64,000 nucleotides of DNA from Eledone cirrhosa (Eukaryota): the NCBI GenBank assembly GCA_964016885.1, contig OZ024766.1, forward strand, positions 17,298,001 through 17,362,000, written 5' to 3'. Position 1 is the stretch's first letter. Each line of letters opens with the position of its first letter. Positions 37,931 to 54,115 of this stretch are shown here, piece after piece. The position numbers and the translations under genes are program-made. The notes under the pieces are model-generated. The model saw nothing but the letters and a program-made list of their open reading frames with translations, had not been told where the DNA came from and did not search any database.

Positions 37931-40900
37931 CTGGAGTTTGACAGAGAGAAAAGAGGTTGGTTGATGAGATTGTTTTTCTTTTTTTTCTTTCTTTGTTCCC
38001 TTTCCTATATATTTGTTTCTGTTTTCGTTCTTTTTATTTATTTTGTGTGTTTACTGATTCACTTTTTTAAAACATATTATATATTTTATTAACCATTTAG
38101 CATTTACATTACTCTATATATACTATCGTATTGTCACAGTAAAGGCTTTACCTCACATAATATCTCACATAACATTTACATTACTCTATATATACTATTG
38201 TATTGTCACAGTAAAGGCTTTACCTCACATAATATCTCACATAACATTTACATTATTCTATATATACTATTGTATTGTCACAGTAAAGGCTTTACCTCAC
38301 ATAATATCTCACATAACATTTACATTATTCTATATATACTATTGTATTTTCACAGTAAAGGCTTTACCTTACATAACATTTACATTACTCTATATATACT
38401 ATTGTATTGTCACAGTAAAGGCTTTACCTCACATAATATCTCACATAGCATTTACATTATTCTATATATACTATTGTATTGTCACAGTAAAGGCTTTACC
38501 TCACATAATATCTCACATAACATTTACATTACTCTATATATACTATTGTATTGTCACAGTAAAGGCTTTACCTCACATAATATCTCACATAACATTTACA
38601 TTACTCTATATATACTATTGTATTGTCACAGTAAAGGCCTTACCTCACATAATATCTCACATAACATTTACATTATTCTATATATACTATTGTATTGTCA
38701 CAGTAAAGGCTTTACCTCACATAATATCTCACATAACATTTACATTATTCTATATATACTATTGTATTGTCACAGTAAAGGCTTTACCTCACATAATATC
38801 TCACATAACATTTACATTATTCTATATATACTATTGTATTTTCACAGTAAAGGCTTTACCTTACATAATATCTCACATAACATTTACATTACTCTATATA
38901 TACTATTGTATTGTCACAGTAAAGGCTTTACCTCACATAATATCTCACATAACATTTACATTACTCTATATATACTATTGTATTGTCACAGTAAAGGCTT
39001 TACCTCACATAATATCTCACATAGCATTTACATTATTCTATATATACTATTAAAACCCACAAGCAGGTAATACATACATCTCTGTCTCTCTCCATATATA
39101 TATATATATATATATATATAGGGACGAGTAGGACCCCGACGGCAGAGATCAAGCCGTTTCGACGGCTATTTCTGGACTGAATTACTCCAGAATTAGTCGT
39201 TGAAATGGCTTGAACTCTGCCGTCGGGGTCATACTTGTTCCTATTACCCATTCTACTACCTTAAGTATTGAGTACTTTGGTGCGTTATGGTCCATTTGGT
39301 TCCTTATCACATTTCCTTTGTTATATATATATACATATATATATACATACACACATACATACAGGATGTCCCCCTTAAATAGATACACTTTTTGTGAGAA
39401 TGCTGTTGAAGTGTGCATGCGTTTTGGGGGGACATCCTTGCATATATACACATACATGCATATATATATATATATATATATATGTTATCTTGTGAGTAAA
39501 TTGTAGTTAGTAGCGGTGATAATGGTTAAGAAATATCCACGATGTAACGAGGATTACTGCTATAGGAAATTAGATACGTTCCAAAGAAATATCCACGATG
39601 TGGCGAGGATTACTGCAATAGGAAATTAGATACTGTAAAGTGGTCATGTAGGTTTCACAACAAACAGCACCTAGTCCACACTGTAAAGTGGTCATGTAGG
39701 TGTCACAACAAAAAGTACCCAGTCCACACTGTAAAGTGGTCATGTAGGTGTCACAACAAAAAGTACCCAGCCCACACTGTAAAGTGGTCATGTAGGTGTC
39801 ACAACAGAAAGTACCCAGTCCACTCTGTAAAGTGGTCATGTAGGTGTCACAACAGAAAGTACCCAGTCCACACTGTAAAGTGGTCATGTAGGTGTCACAA
39901 CAAACAGCACCCAGTCCACACTGTAAAGTGGTTGTGTAGGTGTCACAACAAAAAGTACCCAGTCCACACTGTAAAGTGATCATGTAGGTGTCACAACAAA
40001 CAGCACCCAGTCCACACTGTAGAGTGGTTGTGTAGGTGTCACAACAAAAAGTACCCAGTCCACACTGTAAAGTGGTCATGTAGGTGTCACAACAAACAGC
40101 ACCCAGTCCACACTGTAAAGTGGTTGTGTAGGTGTCACAACAAAAAGTACCCAACCCACCCTGTAAAGTGGTCATGTATGTGTCACAACAAACAGCACCC
40201 AGTCCACACTGTAAAGTGGTTGTGTAGGTGTCACAACAAAATGTACCCAGCCCACACTGTAAAATGGTCATGTAGGTGTCACAACAAACAGCACCCAGTC
40301 CACACTGTAAAGTGGTTGTGTAGTTGTCACAACAAAAAGTACCCAGTCCACACTGTAAAGTGGTCATGTAGGGGTCACAACAAAAAGTACCCAGTCCACA
40401 CTGTAAAGTGGTCATGTAGGTGTCACAACAAATAGCACCCAGTCCACACTGTAAAGTGGTTGTGTAGGTGTCACAACAAAAAGTACCCAGTCCACACTGT
40501 AAAGTGGTCATGTAGGTGTCACAACAAAAAGTACCCAGTCCACTCTGTAAAGTGGTCATGTTGTTGTCACAACAAAAAGTACCCAGTCCACACTGTAAAC
40601 TGGTCATGTAGGTGTCACAACAAACAGCACCCAGTCCACACTGTAAAGTGGTTGTGTAGGTGTCACAACAAAAAGTACCCAGTCCACACAGTAAAGTGGT
40701 CATGTAGGTGTCACAACAAACAGCACCCAGTCCACACTGTAAAGTGGTTGTGTAGGTGTCACAACAAAAAGTAGCCAACCCACCCTGTAAAGTGGTCATG
40801 TATGTGTCACAACAAACAGCACCCAGTCCACACTGTAAAGTGGTCATGTAGGGGTCACAACAAAAAGTACCCAGTCCACACTGTAAAGTGGTCATGTAGG

Positions 40901-41177
40901 TGTCACAACAAATAGCACCCAGTCCACACTGTAAAGTGGTTGTGTAGGTGTCACAACAAAAAGTACCCAGTCCACACTGTAAAGTGGTCATGTAGGTGTC
41001 ACAACAAAAAGTACCCAGTCCACTCTGTAAAGTGGTCATGTTGTTGTCACAACAAAAAGTACCCAGTCCACACTGTAAAGTGGTCATGTAGGTGTCACAA
41101 CAAATAGCACCCAGTCCACACTGTAAAGTGGTCATGATGGTGACAATGATGACATTAGTGATGATAAAGTTACTTAC

Positions 41178-41300
41178 CTACACAAGTCCTATCATTTAAT
41201 ATAAAGCCAGCATTGCAGTCACAACGATAACTCCCTGGTAGGTTGTGACAGGTACCAGAGGGTGTACAAAGACTGGTGTCCTGTTTACATTCATCAACAT
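41178..41300 (-). CDS. cbEGF exon: [41 protein letters not shown]
   Basis: CAG acceptor, AG|GTAAGT donor; one substitution versus 47282-47404. Confidence 0.92.
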
Positions 41301-44174
41301 CTGGAGTTTGACAGAGAGAAAAGAGGTTGGTTGATGAGATTGTTTTTCTTTTTTCTCTTTCTTTGTTCCCTTTCCTATATATTTGTTTCTGTTTTCGTTC
41401 TTTTTATTTATTTGTGTGTTTACTGATTCACTTTTTTAAAACATATTATATATTTTATTAACCATTTAGCATTTACATTACTCTATATTTACTATTATAT
41501 TGTCACAGTAAAGGCTTTACTTCACATAATACCTCACATAACATTTACATTACTCTATATCTACTATTGTATTGTCACAGTAAAGGCTTTACCTCACATA
41601 ATATCTCACATAACATTTATATTACTCTATATATACTATTGAATTGTCACAGTAAAGGCTTTACCTCACATAATATCTCACATAACCTTTACATTACTCT
41701 ATATATACTATTGAATTGTCACAGTAAAGGCTTTACCTCACATAATATCTCACATAACCTTTACATTACTCTATATATACTATTGTATCGTCACAGTAAA
41801 GGCTTTACCTTACATAACATTTACATTACTCTATATATACTATTGTATTGTCACAGTAAAGGCTTTACCTCACATAATATCTCACATAACATTTATATTA
41901 CTCTATATATATTATTGTATTGTCACAGTAAAGGCTTTACCTCACATAATATCTCACATAACATTTATATTACTCTATATATACTATTGTATTGTCACAG
42001 TAAAGGCTTTACCTCACATAATATCTCACATAACATTTACATTACTCTATATATACTATTGTATTGTCACAGTAAAGGCTTTACCTCACATAATATCTCA
42101 CATAACATTTATATTACTCTATATATACTATTGTATTGTCACAGTAAAGGCTTTACCTCACATAATATCTGACATAACATTTACATTACTCTATATATAC
42201 TATTGTATTGTCACAGTAAAGGCTTTACCTCACATAATATCTCACATAACATTTATATTACTCTATATATACTATTGTATTGTCACAGTAAAGGCTTTAC
42301 CTCACATAATATCTCACATAACATTTATATTACTCTATATATACTATTGTATTGTCACAGTAAAGGCTTTACCTCACATAATATCTCACATAACATTTAC
42401 ATTATTCTATATATACTATTGTATTTTCACAGTAAAGGCTTTACCTCACATAATATCTCACATAGCATTTACATTATTCTATATATACTATTAAAACCCA
42501 CAAGCAGGTAATACATACATCTCTGTCTCTCTCCATATATATATATATATATATATATATAGGGACGAGTAGGACCCCGACGGCAGAGCTCAAGCCATTT
42601 CGACGGCTATTTCTGGACTGAATTAGTCCAGAATTAGTCGTTGAAATGGCTTGAGCTCTGCCGTCGGGGTCATACTTGTTCCTATTACCCATTCTACTAC
42701 CTTAAGTATTGAGTACTTTGGTGCGTTATGGTCCATTTGGTTCCTTACCACATTTCCTTTGTTATATATATATACGTATATATATACATACACACATACA
42801 TACAGGATGTCTCCCTAAAATGGATACACTTTTTATGAGAATGCTGTTGAAGTGTGCATGCATTTTTGGGGGACATCCTTGCATATATACACATACATGC
42901 ATATATATATATATATATATGTTATCTTGTGAGTAAATTGTAGTTAGTAGCGGTGATAATGGTTAAGAAATATCCGCGATGTGGCGAGGATTACTGCTAT
43001 AGGAAATTAGATACTGTAAAGTGGTCATGTAGGTGTCACAACAAACAGCACCCAGACCACACTGTAAAGTGGTCATGTAGGTGTCACAACAAAAAGTACC
43101 CAGTCCACACTGTAAAGTGGTCATGTAGGTGTCACAACAAAAAGTACCCAGTCCACACTGTAAAGTTGTCATGTAGGTGTCACAACAAAAAGTACCCAGT
43201 CCACACTGTAAAGTGGTCATGTAGGTGTCACAACAAAAAGTACCCAGCCCACACTGTAAAGTGGTCATGTAGGTGTCACAACAAAAGGTACCCAGTCCAC
43301 TCTGTAAAGTGGTCATGTAGGTGTCACAACAAAAAGTACCCAGTCCACTCTGTAAAGTGGTCATGTAGGTATCACAACAAAAAGTACACAGCCCACACTG
43401 TAAAGTGGTCATGTAGGGGTCACAACAAAAAGTACCCAGTCCACTTTGTAAAGTGGTCATGTAGGTGTCACAACAAAAATTACCCAGTCCACACTGTAAA
43501 GTGGTCATGTAGGTGTCACAACAAATAGCACCCAGTCCACACTGTAAAGTGGTTGTGTAGGTGTCACAACAAAAAGTACCCAGTCCACACTGTAAAGTGG
43601 TCATGTAGGTGTCACAACAAAAGGTACTCAGTCCAGACTGTAAAGTGGTCATGTAGGTGTCACAACAAAAAGCACCCAGTCCACACTGTAAAGTGGTCAT
43701 GTAGGTGTCACAACAAAAAGTACCCAGTCCACAATGTAAAGTGGTCATGTAGGTGTCACAACAAAAAGTACCCAGTCCACAATGTAAAGTGGTCATGTAG
43801 GTGTCACAACAAAAAGTACCCAGTCCACACTGTAAAGTGGTCATGTATGTGTCACAACAAAAAGTACCCAGCCCACACTGTAAAGTGGTCATGTAGGTGT
43901 CACAACAGAAAGTACCCAGTCCACTTTGTAAAGTGGTCATGTAGGTGTCACAACAAAAAGTACCCAGTCCACACTGTAAAGTGGTCATGTAGGTGTCACA
44001 ACAAATAGCACCCAGTCCACACTGTAAAGTGGTCATGTAGGTGTCACAACAAAAGGTACTCAGTCCACACTGTAAAGTGGTCATGTAGGTGTCACAACAA
44101 ATAGTACCCAGTCCACACTGTAAAGTGGTCATGATGGTGACAATGATGACATTAGTGATGATAAAGTTACTTAC

Positions 44175-44297
44175 CAATGCAAGTCCCTCCATAGAATATA
44201 AAGCCAGTATGGCAGTCACAACCATAAGCCCCTGGTATGTTGAAACAGATACCATTCGGTGTACAAACATTGGAATCCTGTTTACATTCATCAACAT
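44175..44297 (-). CDS. cbEGF exon: [41 protein letters not shown]
   Basis: CAG acceptor, G|GTAAGT donor. Confidence 0.92.
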
Positions 44298-45385
44298 CTG
44301 GAGTTTGACAGAGAGAAAAGAGGTTGGTTGATGAGATTGTTTTTCTTTTTTTTCTTTCTTTGTTCCCTTTCCTATATATTTGTTTCTGTTTTCGTTCTTT
44401 TTATTTATTTGTGTGTTTACTGATTCACTTTTTTAAAACATATTATATATTTTATTAACCATTTAGCATTTACATTACTCTATATATACTATTGTATTGT
44501 CACAGTAAAGGCTTTACCTCACATAATATCTCACATAACATTTACATTACTCTATATATACTATTGTATTGTCACAGTAAAGGCTTTACCTCACATAATA
44601 TCTCACATAACATTTACATTATTCTATATATACTATTGTATTTTCACAGTAAAGGCTTTACCTTACATAACATTTACATTACTCTATATATACTATTGTA
44701 TTGTCACAGTAAAGGCTTTACCTCACATAATATCTCACATAGCATTTACATTATTCTATGTATACTATTGTATTGTCACAGTAAAGGCTTTACCTCACAT
44801 AATATCTCACATAACATTTACATTACTCTATATATACTATTGTATTGTCACAGTAAAGGCTTTACCTCACATAATATCTCACATAACATTTACATTACTC
44901 TATATATACTATTGTATTGTCACAGTAAAGGCCTTACCTCACATAATATCTCACATAACATTTACATTATTCTATATATACTATTGTATTGTCACAGTAA
45001 AGGCTTTACCTCACATAATATCTCACATAACATTTACATTATTCTATATATACTATTGTATTGTCACAGTAAAGGCTTTACCTCACATAATATCTCACAT
45101 AACATTTACATTATTCTATATATACTATTGTATTTTCACAGTAAAGGCTTTACCTTACATAATATCTCACATAACATTTACATTACTCTATATATACTAT
45201 TGTATTGTCACAGTAAAGGCTTTACCTCACATAATATCTCACATAACATTTACATTACTCTATATATACTATTGTATTGTCACAGTAAAGGCTTTACCTC
45301 ACATAATATCTCACATAGCATTTACATTATTCTATATATACTATTAAAACCCACAAGCAGGTAATACATACATCTCTGTCTCTCT

Positions 45386-45419
<34 letters not shown>

Positions 45420-47281
45420 ACGAGTAGGACCCCGACGGCAGAGATCAAGCCGTTTCGACGGCTATTTCTGGACTGAATTACTCCAGAATTAGTCGTTGAA
45501 ATGGCTTGAACTCTGCCGTCGGGGTCATACTTGTTCCTATTACCCATTCTACTACCTTAAGTATTGAGTACTTTGGTGCGTTATGGTCCATTTGGTTCCT
45601 TATCACATTTCCTTTGTTATATATATATACGTATATATATACATACACACATACATACAGGATGTCCCCCTTAAATGGATACACTTTTTGTGAGAATGCT
45701 GTTGAAGTGTGCATGCGTTTTGGGGGGACATCCTTGCATATATACACATACATGCATATATATATATATATATATATATGTTATCTTGTGAGTAAATTGT
45801 AGTTAGTAGCGGTGATAATGGTTAAGAAATATCCACGATGTAACGAGGATTACTGCTATGGGAAATTAGATACGTTCCAAAGAAATATCCACGATGTGGC
45901 GAGGATTACTGCAATAGGAAATTAGATACTGTAAAGTGGTCATGTAGGTTTCACAACAAACAGCACCTAGTCCACACTGTAAAGTGGTCATGTAGGTGTC
46001 ACAACAAAAAGTACCCAGTCCACACTGTAAAGTGGTCATGTAGGTGTCACAACAAAAAGTACCCAGCCCACACTGTAAAGTGGTCATGTAGGTGTCACAA
46101 CAGAAAGTACCCAGTCCACTCTGTAAAGTGGTCATGTAGGTGTCACAACAGAAAGTACCCAGTCCACACTGTAAAGTGGTCATGTAGGTGTCACAACAAA
46201 CAGCACCCAGTCCACACTGTAAAGTGGTTGTGTAGGTGTCACAACAAAAAGTACCCAGTCCACACTGTAAAGTGGTCATGTAGGTGTCACAACAAACAGC
46301 ACCCAGTCCACACTGTAGAGTGGTTGTGCAGGTGTCACAACAAAAAGTACCCAGTCCACACTGTAAAGTGGTCATGTAGGTGTCACAACAAACAGCACCC
46401 AGTCCACACTGTAAAGTGGTTGTGTAGGTGTCACAACAAAAAGTACCCAACCCACACTGTAAAATGGTCATGTAGGTGTCACAACAAACAGCACCCAGTC
46501 CACACTGTAAAGTGGTTGTGTAGGTGTCACAACAAAATGTACCCAGCCCACACTGTAAAATGGTCATGTAGGTGTCACAACAAACAGCACCCAGTCCACA
46601 CTGTAAAGTGGTTGTGTAGTTGTCACAACAAAAAGTACCCAGTCCACACTGTAAAGTGGTCATGTAGGTGTCACAACAAAAAGCACCCAGTCCACACTGT
46701 AAAGTGGTTGTGTAGGTGTCACAACAAAAAGTACCCAGTCCACACTGTAAAGTGGTCATGTTGTTGTCACAACAAAAAGTACCCAGTCCACACTGTAAAG
46801 TGGTCATGTAGGTGTCACAACAAAAAGCACCCAGTCCACACTGTAAAGTGGTCATGTAGGTGTCACAACAAAAAGCACCCAGTCCACACTGTAAAGTGGT
46901 TGTGTAGGTGTCACAACAAATAGCACCCAGTCCACACTGTAAAGTGGTTGTGTAGGTGTCACAATAAATAGCACCCAGTCCACACTGTAAAGTGGTTGTG
47001 TAGGTGTCACAACAAATAGCACCCAGTCCACACTGTAAAGTGGTCATGTAGGTGTCACAACAAAAAGTACCCAGTCCACACTGTAAAGTGGTCATTTAGG
47101 TGTCACAACAAAAAGTACCCAGTCCACTCTGTAAAGTGGTCATGTTGTTGTCACAACAAAAAGTACCCAGTCCACACTGTAAAGTGGTCATGTAGGTGTC
47201 ACAACAAATAGCACACAGTCCACACTGTAAAGTGGTCATGATGGTGACAATGATGACATTAGTGATGATAAAGTTACTTAC

Positions 47282-47404
47282 CTACACAAGTCCTATCATT
47301 TAATATAAAGCCAGCATTGCAGTCACAACGATAACTCCCTGGTAGGTTGTGACAGGTACCAGAGGGTGTACAAAGACTGGAGTCCTGTTTACATTCATCA
47401 ACAT
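47282..47404 (-). CDS. cbEGF exon: [41 protein letters not shown]
   Basis: CAG acceptor, AG|GTAAGT donor. Confidence 0.92.
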
Positions 47405-48828
47405 CTGGAGTTTGACAGAGAGAAAAGAGGTTGGTTGATGAGATTGTTTTTCTTTTTTCTCTTTCTTTGTTCCCTTTCCTATATATTTGTTTCTGTTTTC
47501 GTTCTTTTTATTTATTTGTGTGTTTACTGATTCACTTTTTTAAAACATATTATATATTTTATTAACCATTTAGCATTTACATTACTCTATATTTACTATT
47601 ATATTGTCACAGTAAAGGCTTTACTTCACATAATACCTCACATAACATTTACATTACTCTATATCTACTATTGTATTGTCACAGTAAAGGCTTTACCTCA
47701 CATAATATCTCACATAACATTTATATTACTCTATATATACTATTGAATTGTCACAGTAAAGGCTTTACCTCACATAATATCTCACATAACCTTTACATTA
47801 CTCTATATATACTATTGAATTGTCACAGTAAAGGCTTTACCTCACATAATATCTCACATAACCTTTACATTACTCTATATATACTATTGTATCGTCACAG
47901 TAAAGGCTTTACCTTACATAACATTTACATTACTCTATATATACTATTGTATTGTCACAGTAAAGGCTTTACCTCACATAATATCTCACATAACATTTAT
48001 ATTACTCTATATATATTATTGAATTGTCACAGTAAAGGCTTTACCTCACATAATATCTCACATAACCTTTACATTACTCTATATATACTATTGAATTGTC
48101 ACAGTAAAGGCTTTACCTCACATAATATCTCACATAACCTTTACATTACTCTATATATACTATTGTATCGTCACAGTAAAGGCTTTACCTTACATAACAT
48201 TTACATTACTCTATATATACTATTGTATTGTCACAGTAAAGGCTTTACCTCACATAATATCTCACATAACATTTATATTACTCTATATATACTATTGTAT
48301 CGTCACAGTAAAGGCTTTACCTCACATAATATCTCACATAACCTTTACATTACTCTATATATACTATTGTATCGTCACAGTAAAGGCTTTACCTTACATA
48401 ACATTTACATTACTCTATATATACTATTGTATTGTCACAGTAAAGGCTTTACCTCACATAATATCTCACATAACATTTACAATACTCTATATATACTATT
48501 GTATTGTCACAGTAAAGGCTTTACCTCACATAATATCTCACATAACATTTATATTACTCTATATATACTATTGTATTGTCACAGTAAAGGCTTTACCTCA
48601 CATAATATGTCACATAACATTTATATTACTCTATATATACTATTGTATTGTCACAGTAAAGGCTTTACCTCACATAATATCTCACATAACATTTACATTA
48701 TTCTATATATACTATTGTATTTTCACAGTAAAGGCTTTACCTCACATAATATCTCACATAGCATTTACATTATTCTATATATACTATTAAAACCCACAAG
48801 CAGGTAATACATACATCTCTGTCTCTCT

Positions 48829-48868
<40 letters not shown>

Positions 48869-51204
48869 ACGAGTAGGACCCCGACGGCAGAGCTCAAGCC
48901 ATTTCGACGGCTATTTCTGGACTGAATTAGTCCAGAATTATTCGTTGAAATGGCTTGAGCTCTGCCGTCGGGGTCATACTTGTTCCTATTACCCATTCTA
49001 CTACCTTAAGTATTGAGTACTTTGGTGCGTTATGGTCCATTTGGTTCCTTACCACATTTCCTTCGTTATATATATATATATGTATATATATACATACACA
49101 CATACATACAGGATGTCTCCCTAAGATGGATACACTTTTTATGAGAATGCTGTTGAAGTGTGCATGCATTTTTGGGGGACATCCTTGCATATATACACAT
49201 ACATGCATATATATATATATATATATATATGTTATCTTGTGAGTAAATTGTAGTTAGTAGCGGTGATAATGGTTAAGAAATATCCGCGATGTGGCGAGGA
49301 TTACTGCTATAGGAAATTAGATACTGTAAAGTGGTCATGTAGGTGTCACAACAAAAGGTACTCAGTCCAGACTGTAAAGTGGTCATGTAGGTGTCACAAC
49401 AAAAAGCACCCAGTCCACACTGTAAAGTGGTCATGTAGGTGTCACAACAAAAAGTACCCAGTCCACACTGTAAAGTGGTCATGTAGGTGTCACAACAAAA
49501 AGTACCCAGTCCACAATGTAAAGTGGTCATGTAGGTGTCACAACAAAAAGTACCCAGTCCACACTGTAAAGTGGTCATGTAGGTGTCACAACAAAAAGTA
49601 CCCAGCCCACACTGTATAGTGGTCATGTAGGTGTCACAACAGAAAGTACCCAGTCCACTCTGTAAAGTGGTCATGTAGGTGTCACAACAAAAAGTACCCA
49701 GCCCACACTGTAAAGTGGTCATGTAGGTGTCACAACAGAAAGTACCCAGTCCACTCTGTAAAGTGGTCATGTAGGTGTCACAACAGAAAGTACCCAGTCC
49801 ACACTGTAAAGTGGTCATGTATGTGTCACAACAAATAGCACCCAGTCCACACTGTAAAGTGGTCATGTATGTGTCACAACAAACAGCACCCAGTCCACAC
49901 TGTAAAGTGGTCATGTAGGTGTCACAACAAAAGGTACCCAGTCCACTCTGTAAAGTGGTCATGTAGGTGTCACAACAAAAAGTACCCAGTCCACTCTGTA
50001 AAGGGGTCATGTAGGTGTCACGACAAAAAGTACCCAGCCCACACTGTAAAGTGGTCATGTAGGTGTCACAACAAAAAGTACGCAGTCCACTCTGTAAAGT
50101 GGTCATGTAGGTACCACAACAAAAAGTACACAGCCCACACTGTAAAGTGGTCATGTAGGGGTCACAACAAAAAGTACCCAGTCCACTTTGTAAAGTGGTC
50201 ATGTAGGTGTCACAACAAAAAGTACCCAGTCCACACTGTAAAGTGGTCATGTAGGTGTCACAACAAAAGGTACCCAGCCCACACTGTAAAGTGGTCATGG
50301 AGGTGTCGTGACAAAAAGTACCCAGTACTCACTGTAAAGTGGTCATGTAGGTGTCACAACAAATAGCACCCAGACCACACTGTAAAGTGGTTGTGTAGGT
50401 GTCACAACAAAAAGTACCCAGTCCACACTGTAAAGTGGTCATGTAGGTGTCACAACAAAAGGTACTCAGTCCACACTGTAAAGTGGTCATGTAGTTGTCA
50501 CAACAAAAAGCACCCAGTCCACACTGTAAAGTGGTCATGTAGGTGTCACAACAAAAGGTGCCCAGTCCACGCTGTAAAGTGGTCATGTAGGTGTCACAAC
50601 AAAAAGTACCCAGTCCAATCTGTAAAGTGGTCTTGTAGGTGTCACAACAAAAAGTACCCCGTCCACACTGTAAAGTGGTCATGTAGGTGTCACAACAAAA
50701 GGTACTCAGTCCACACTGTAAAGTGGTCATGTAGGTGTCACAACAAAAAGCACCCAGTCCACACTGTAAAGTGGTCATGTAGGTGTCATAACAAAAAGTA
50801 CCCAGTCCACTCTGTAAAGTGGTCATGTCGGTGTCACAACAAAAAGTACCCAGTCCACTCTGTAAAGTGGTCATGTAGGTGTCACGACAAAAAGTACCCA
50901 GTCCACACTGTAAAGTGGTCATGTCGGTGTCACAACAAAAAGTACCCAGTCCACTCTGTAAAGTGGTCATGTAGGTGTCACAACAAAAAGTACCCAGGCC
51001 ACACTGTAAAGTGGTCATGTAGGTGTCACAACAAATAGTACCCAGTCCACACTGTAAAGTGGTCATGTAGGTGTCACAACAAAAAGTACTCAGTCCACAC
51101 TGTAAAGTGGTCATGTAGGTGTCACAACAAAAAGTACCCAGTCCACACTGTAAAGTGGTCATGATGGTGACAATGATGACATTAGTGATGATAAAGTTAC
51201 CTAC

Positions 51205-51327
51205 CAATGCAAGTCATTCCATTGATTATAAAGCCATCATGGCAGTCACAACCATAACTCCCTGGTAGGTTTACACAGGTACCATTCGGTGTACAAACAT
51301 TGGAATCCTGTTTACATTCATCAACAT
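51205..51327 (-). CDS. cbEGF exon: [41 protein letters not shown]
   Basis: CAG acceptor, variant donor G|GTAGGT; identical to 57688-57810. Confidence 0.9.
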
Positions 51328-52415
51328 CTGGAGTTTGACAGAGAGAAAAGAGGTTGGTTGATGAGATTGTTTTTCTTTTTTTTCTTTCTTTGTTCCCTTT
51401 CCTATATATTTGTTTCTGTTTTCGTTCTTTTTATTTATTTGTGTGTTTACTGATTCACTTTTTTAAAACATATTATATATTTTATTAACCATTTAGCATT
51501 TACATTACTCTATATATACTATTATATTGTCACAGTAAAGGCTTTACTTCACATAATACCTCACATAACATTTACGTTACTCTATATATACTATTGTATT
51601 GTCACAGTAAAGGCTTTACCTCACATAATATCTCACATAACATTTATATTACTCTATATATACTATTGTATTGTCACAGTAAAGGCTTTACCTCACATAA
51701 TATCTCACATAACCTTTACATTACTCTATATGTACTATTGAATTGTCACAGTAAAGGCTTTACCTCACATAATATCTCACATAACCTTTACATTACTCTA
51801 TATATACTATTGTATCGTCACAGTAAAGGCTTTACCTTACATAACATTTACATTACTCTATATATACTATTGTATTGTCACAGTAATGGCTTTACCTCAC
51901 ATAATATCTCACATAACATTTACATTACTCTATATATACTATTGTATTGTCACAGTAAAGGCTTTACCTCATATAATATCTCACATAACATTTATATTAC
52001 TCTATATATACTATTGTATTGTCACAGTAAAGGCTTTACCTCACATAATATCTCACATAACATTTATATTACTCTATATATACTATTATATTGTCACAGT
52101 AAAGGCTTTACCTCACATAATACCTCACATAACATTTACATTACTCTATATATACTATTGTATTGTCACAGTAATGGCTTTACCTCACATAATATCTCAC
52201 ATAACATTTACATTACTCTATATATACTATTGTATTGTCACAGTAATGGCTTTACCTCACATAATATCTCACATAACATTTACATTACTCTATATATACT
52301 ATTGTATTGTCACAGTAAAGGCTTTACCTCACATAATATCTCACGTAGCATTTACATTATTCTATATATACTATTAAAACCCACAAGCAGTTAATACATA
52401 CATCTCTGTCTCTCT

Positions 52416-52449
<34 letters not shown>

Positions 52450-52855
52450 ACGAGTAGGACCCCGACGGCAGAGCTCAAGCCATTTCGACGGCTATTTCTG
52501 GACTGAATTAGTCCAGAATTAGTCGTTGAAATGGCTTGAGCTCTGCCGTCGGTGTCATACTTGTTCCTATTAACCATTCTACTACCTTAAGTATTGAGTA
52601 CTTTGGTGCGTTATGGTCCATTTGGTTCCTTACCACATTTCCTTCGTTATATATATATACGTATATATATACATACACACATACATACAGGATGTCCCCC
52701 TTAAATGGATACACTTTTTATTAGAATGCTGTTGAAGTGTGCGTGCATTTTTGGGGGACATCCTTGCATATATACACATACATGCATATATATATATATA
52801 TATATATATATGTTATCTTGTGAGTAAATTGTAGTTAGTAGCGGTGATAATGGTT

Positions 52856-53073
52856 AAGAAATATCCGCGATGTGGCGAGGATTACTGCTATAGGAAATTA
52901 GATACGTTCCAAAGAAATATCCGCGATGTGGCGAGGATTACTGCGATAGGAAATTAGATACATTCCAAAGAGATATCCGCGATGTGGCAAGGATTACTGC
53001 TAGAGGAAAGTAGATACGTTCCAAAGAAATATCCGCGATGTGGCGAGGATTACTGCTCTAGGAAATTAGATAC
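52856..53073. repeat. 56-bp minisatellite: 4 copies here, 5 at 62036-62310, 1-2 in other cassettes
   Basis: AAGAAATATCCGCGATGTGGCGAGGATTACTGCTATAGGAAATTAGATACGTTCCA; period 56 counted by hand. Confidence 0.9.
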
Positions 53074-53992
53074 TGTAAAGTGGTCATGTAGGTGTCACAA
53101 CAAACAGCACCCAGTCCACACTGTAAAGTGGTCATGTAGGTGTCACAACAAAAAGCACCCAGCCACATTGTAAAGTGGTCATGTAGGTGTCACAACAAAA
53201 AGTACCCAGTCCACACTGTAAAGTGGTCATGTAGGTGTCACAACAAAAAGTACCCAGTCCACACTGTAAAGTGGTTGTGTAGGTGTCACAACAAAAAGTA
53301 CCCAGTCCACACTGTAAAGTGATCATGTATGTGTCACAACAAATAGCACCCAGTCCACACTGTAAAGTGGTTGTGTAGGTGTCACAACAAAAGGTACTCA
53401 GTCCACACTGTAAAGTGGTCATGTAGGTGTCACAACAAAAGGTACTCAGTCCAGACTGTAAAGTGGTCATGTAGGTGTCACAACAAAAAGCACCCAGTCC
53501 ACACTGTAAAGTGGTCATGTAGGTGTCACAACAAAAAGTACCCAGTCCACACTGTAAAGTTGTCATGTAGGTGTCACAACAAAAAGTACCCAGTCCACAC
53601 TGTAAAGTGGTCATGTAGGTCTCACAACAAAAAGTACCCAGTCCACACTGTAAAGTGGTCATGTATGTGTCACAACAAATAGCACCCAATCCACACTGTA
53701 AAGTGGTCATGTAGGTGTCACAACAAAAGGTACCCAGTCCACACTGTAAAGTGGTCATGTAGGTGTCATAACAAAAAGTACCCAGTCCACTCTGTAAAGT
53801 GGTCATGTAGGTGTCACAACAAAAAGTACCCAGTCCACTCTGTAAAGTGGTCATGTAGGTGTCACGACAAAAAGTACCCAGTCCACGCTGTAAAGTGGTC
53901 ATGTAGGTGTCGCAACAAAAAGTACCCAGTCCACACTGTAAAGTGGTCATGATGGTGACAATGATGACATTAGTGATGATAAAGTTACTTAC

Positions 53993-54115
53993 CTACACAA
54001 GTCCTATCATTTAATATAAAGCCATCATGGCAGTCACAACGATAACTCCCTGGTAGGTTGTAACAGCTACCATAGGGTTTACAAAGTCTGGAGTCCTGTT
54101 TACATTCATCAACAT
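53993..54115 (-). CDS. cbEGF exon: [41 protein letters not shown]
   Basis: CAG acceptor, AG|GTAAGT donor. Confidence 0.92.
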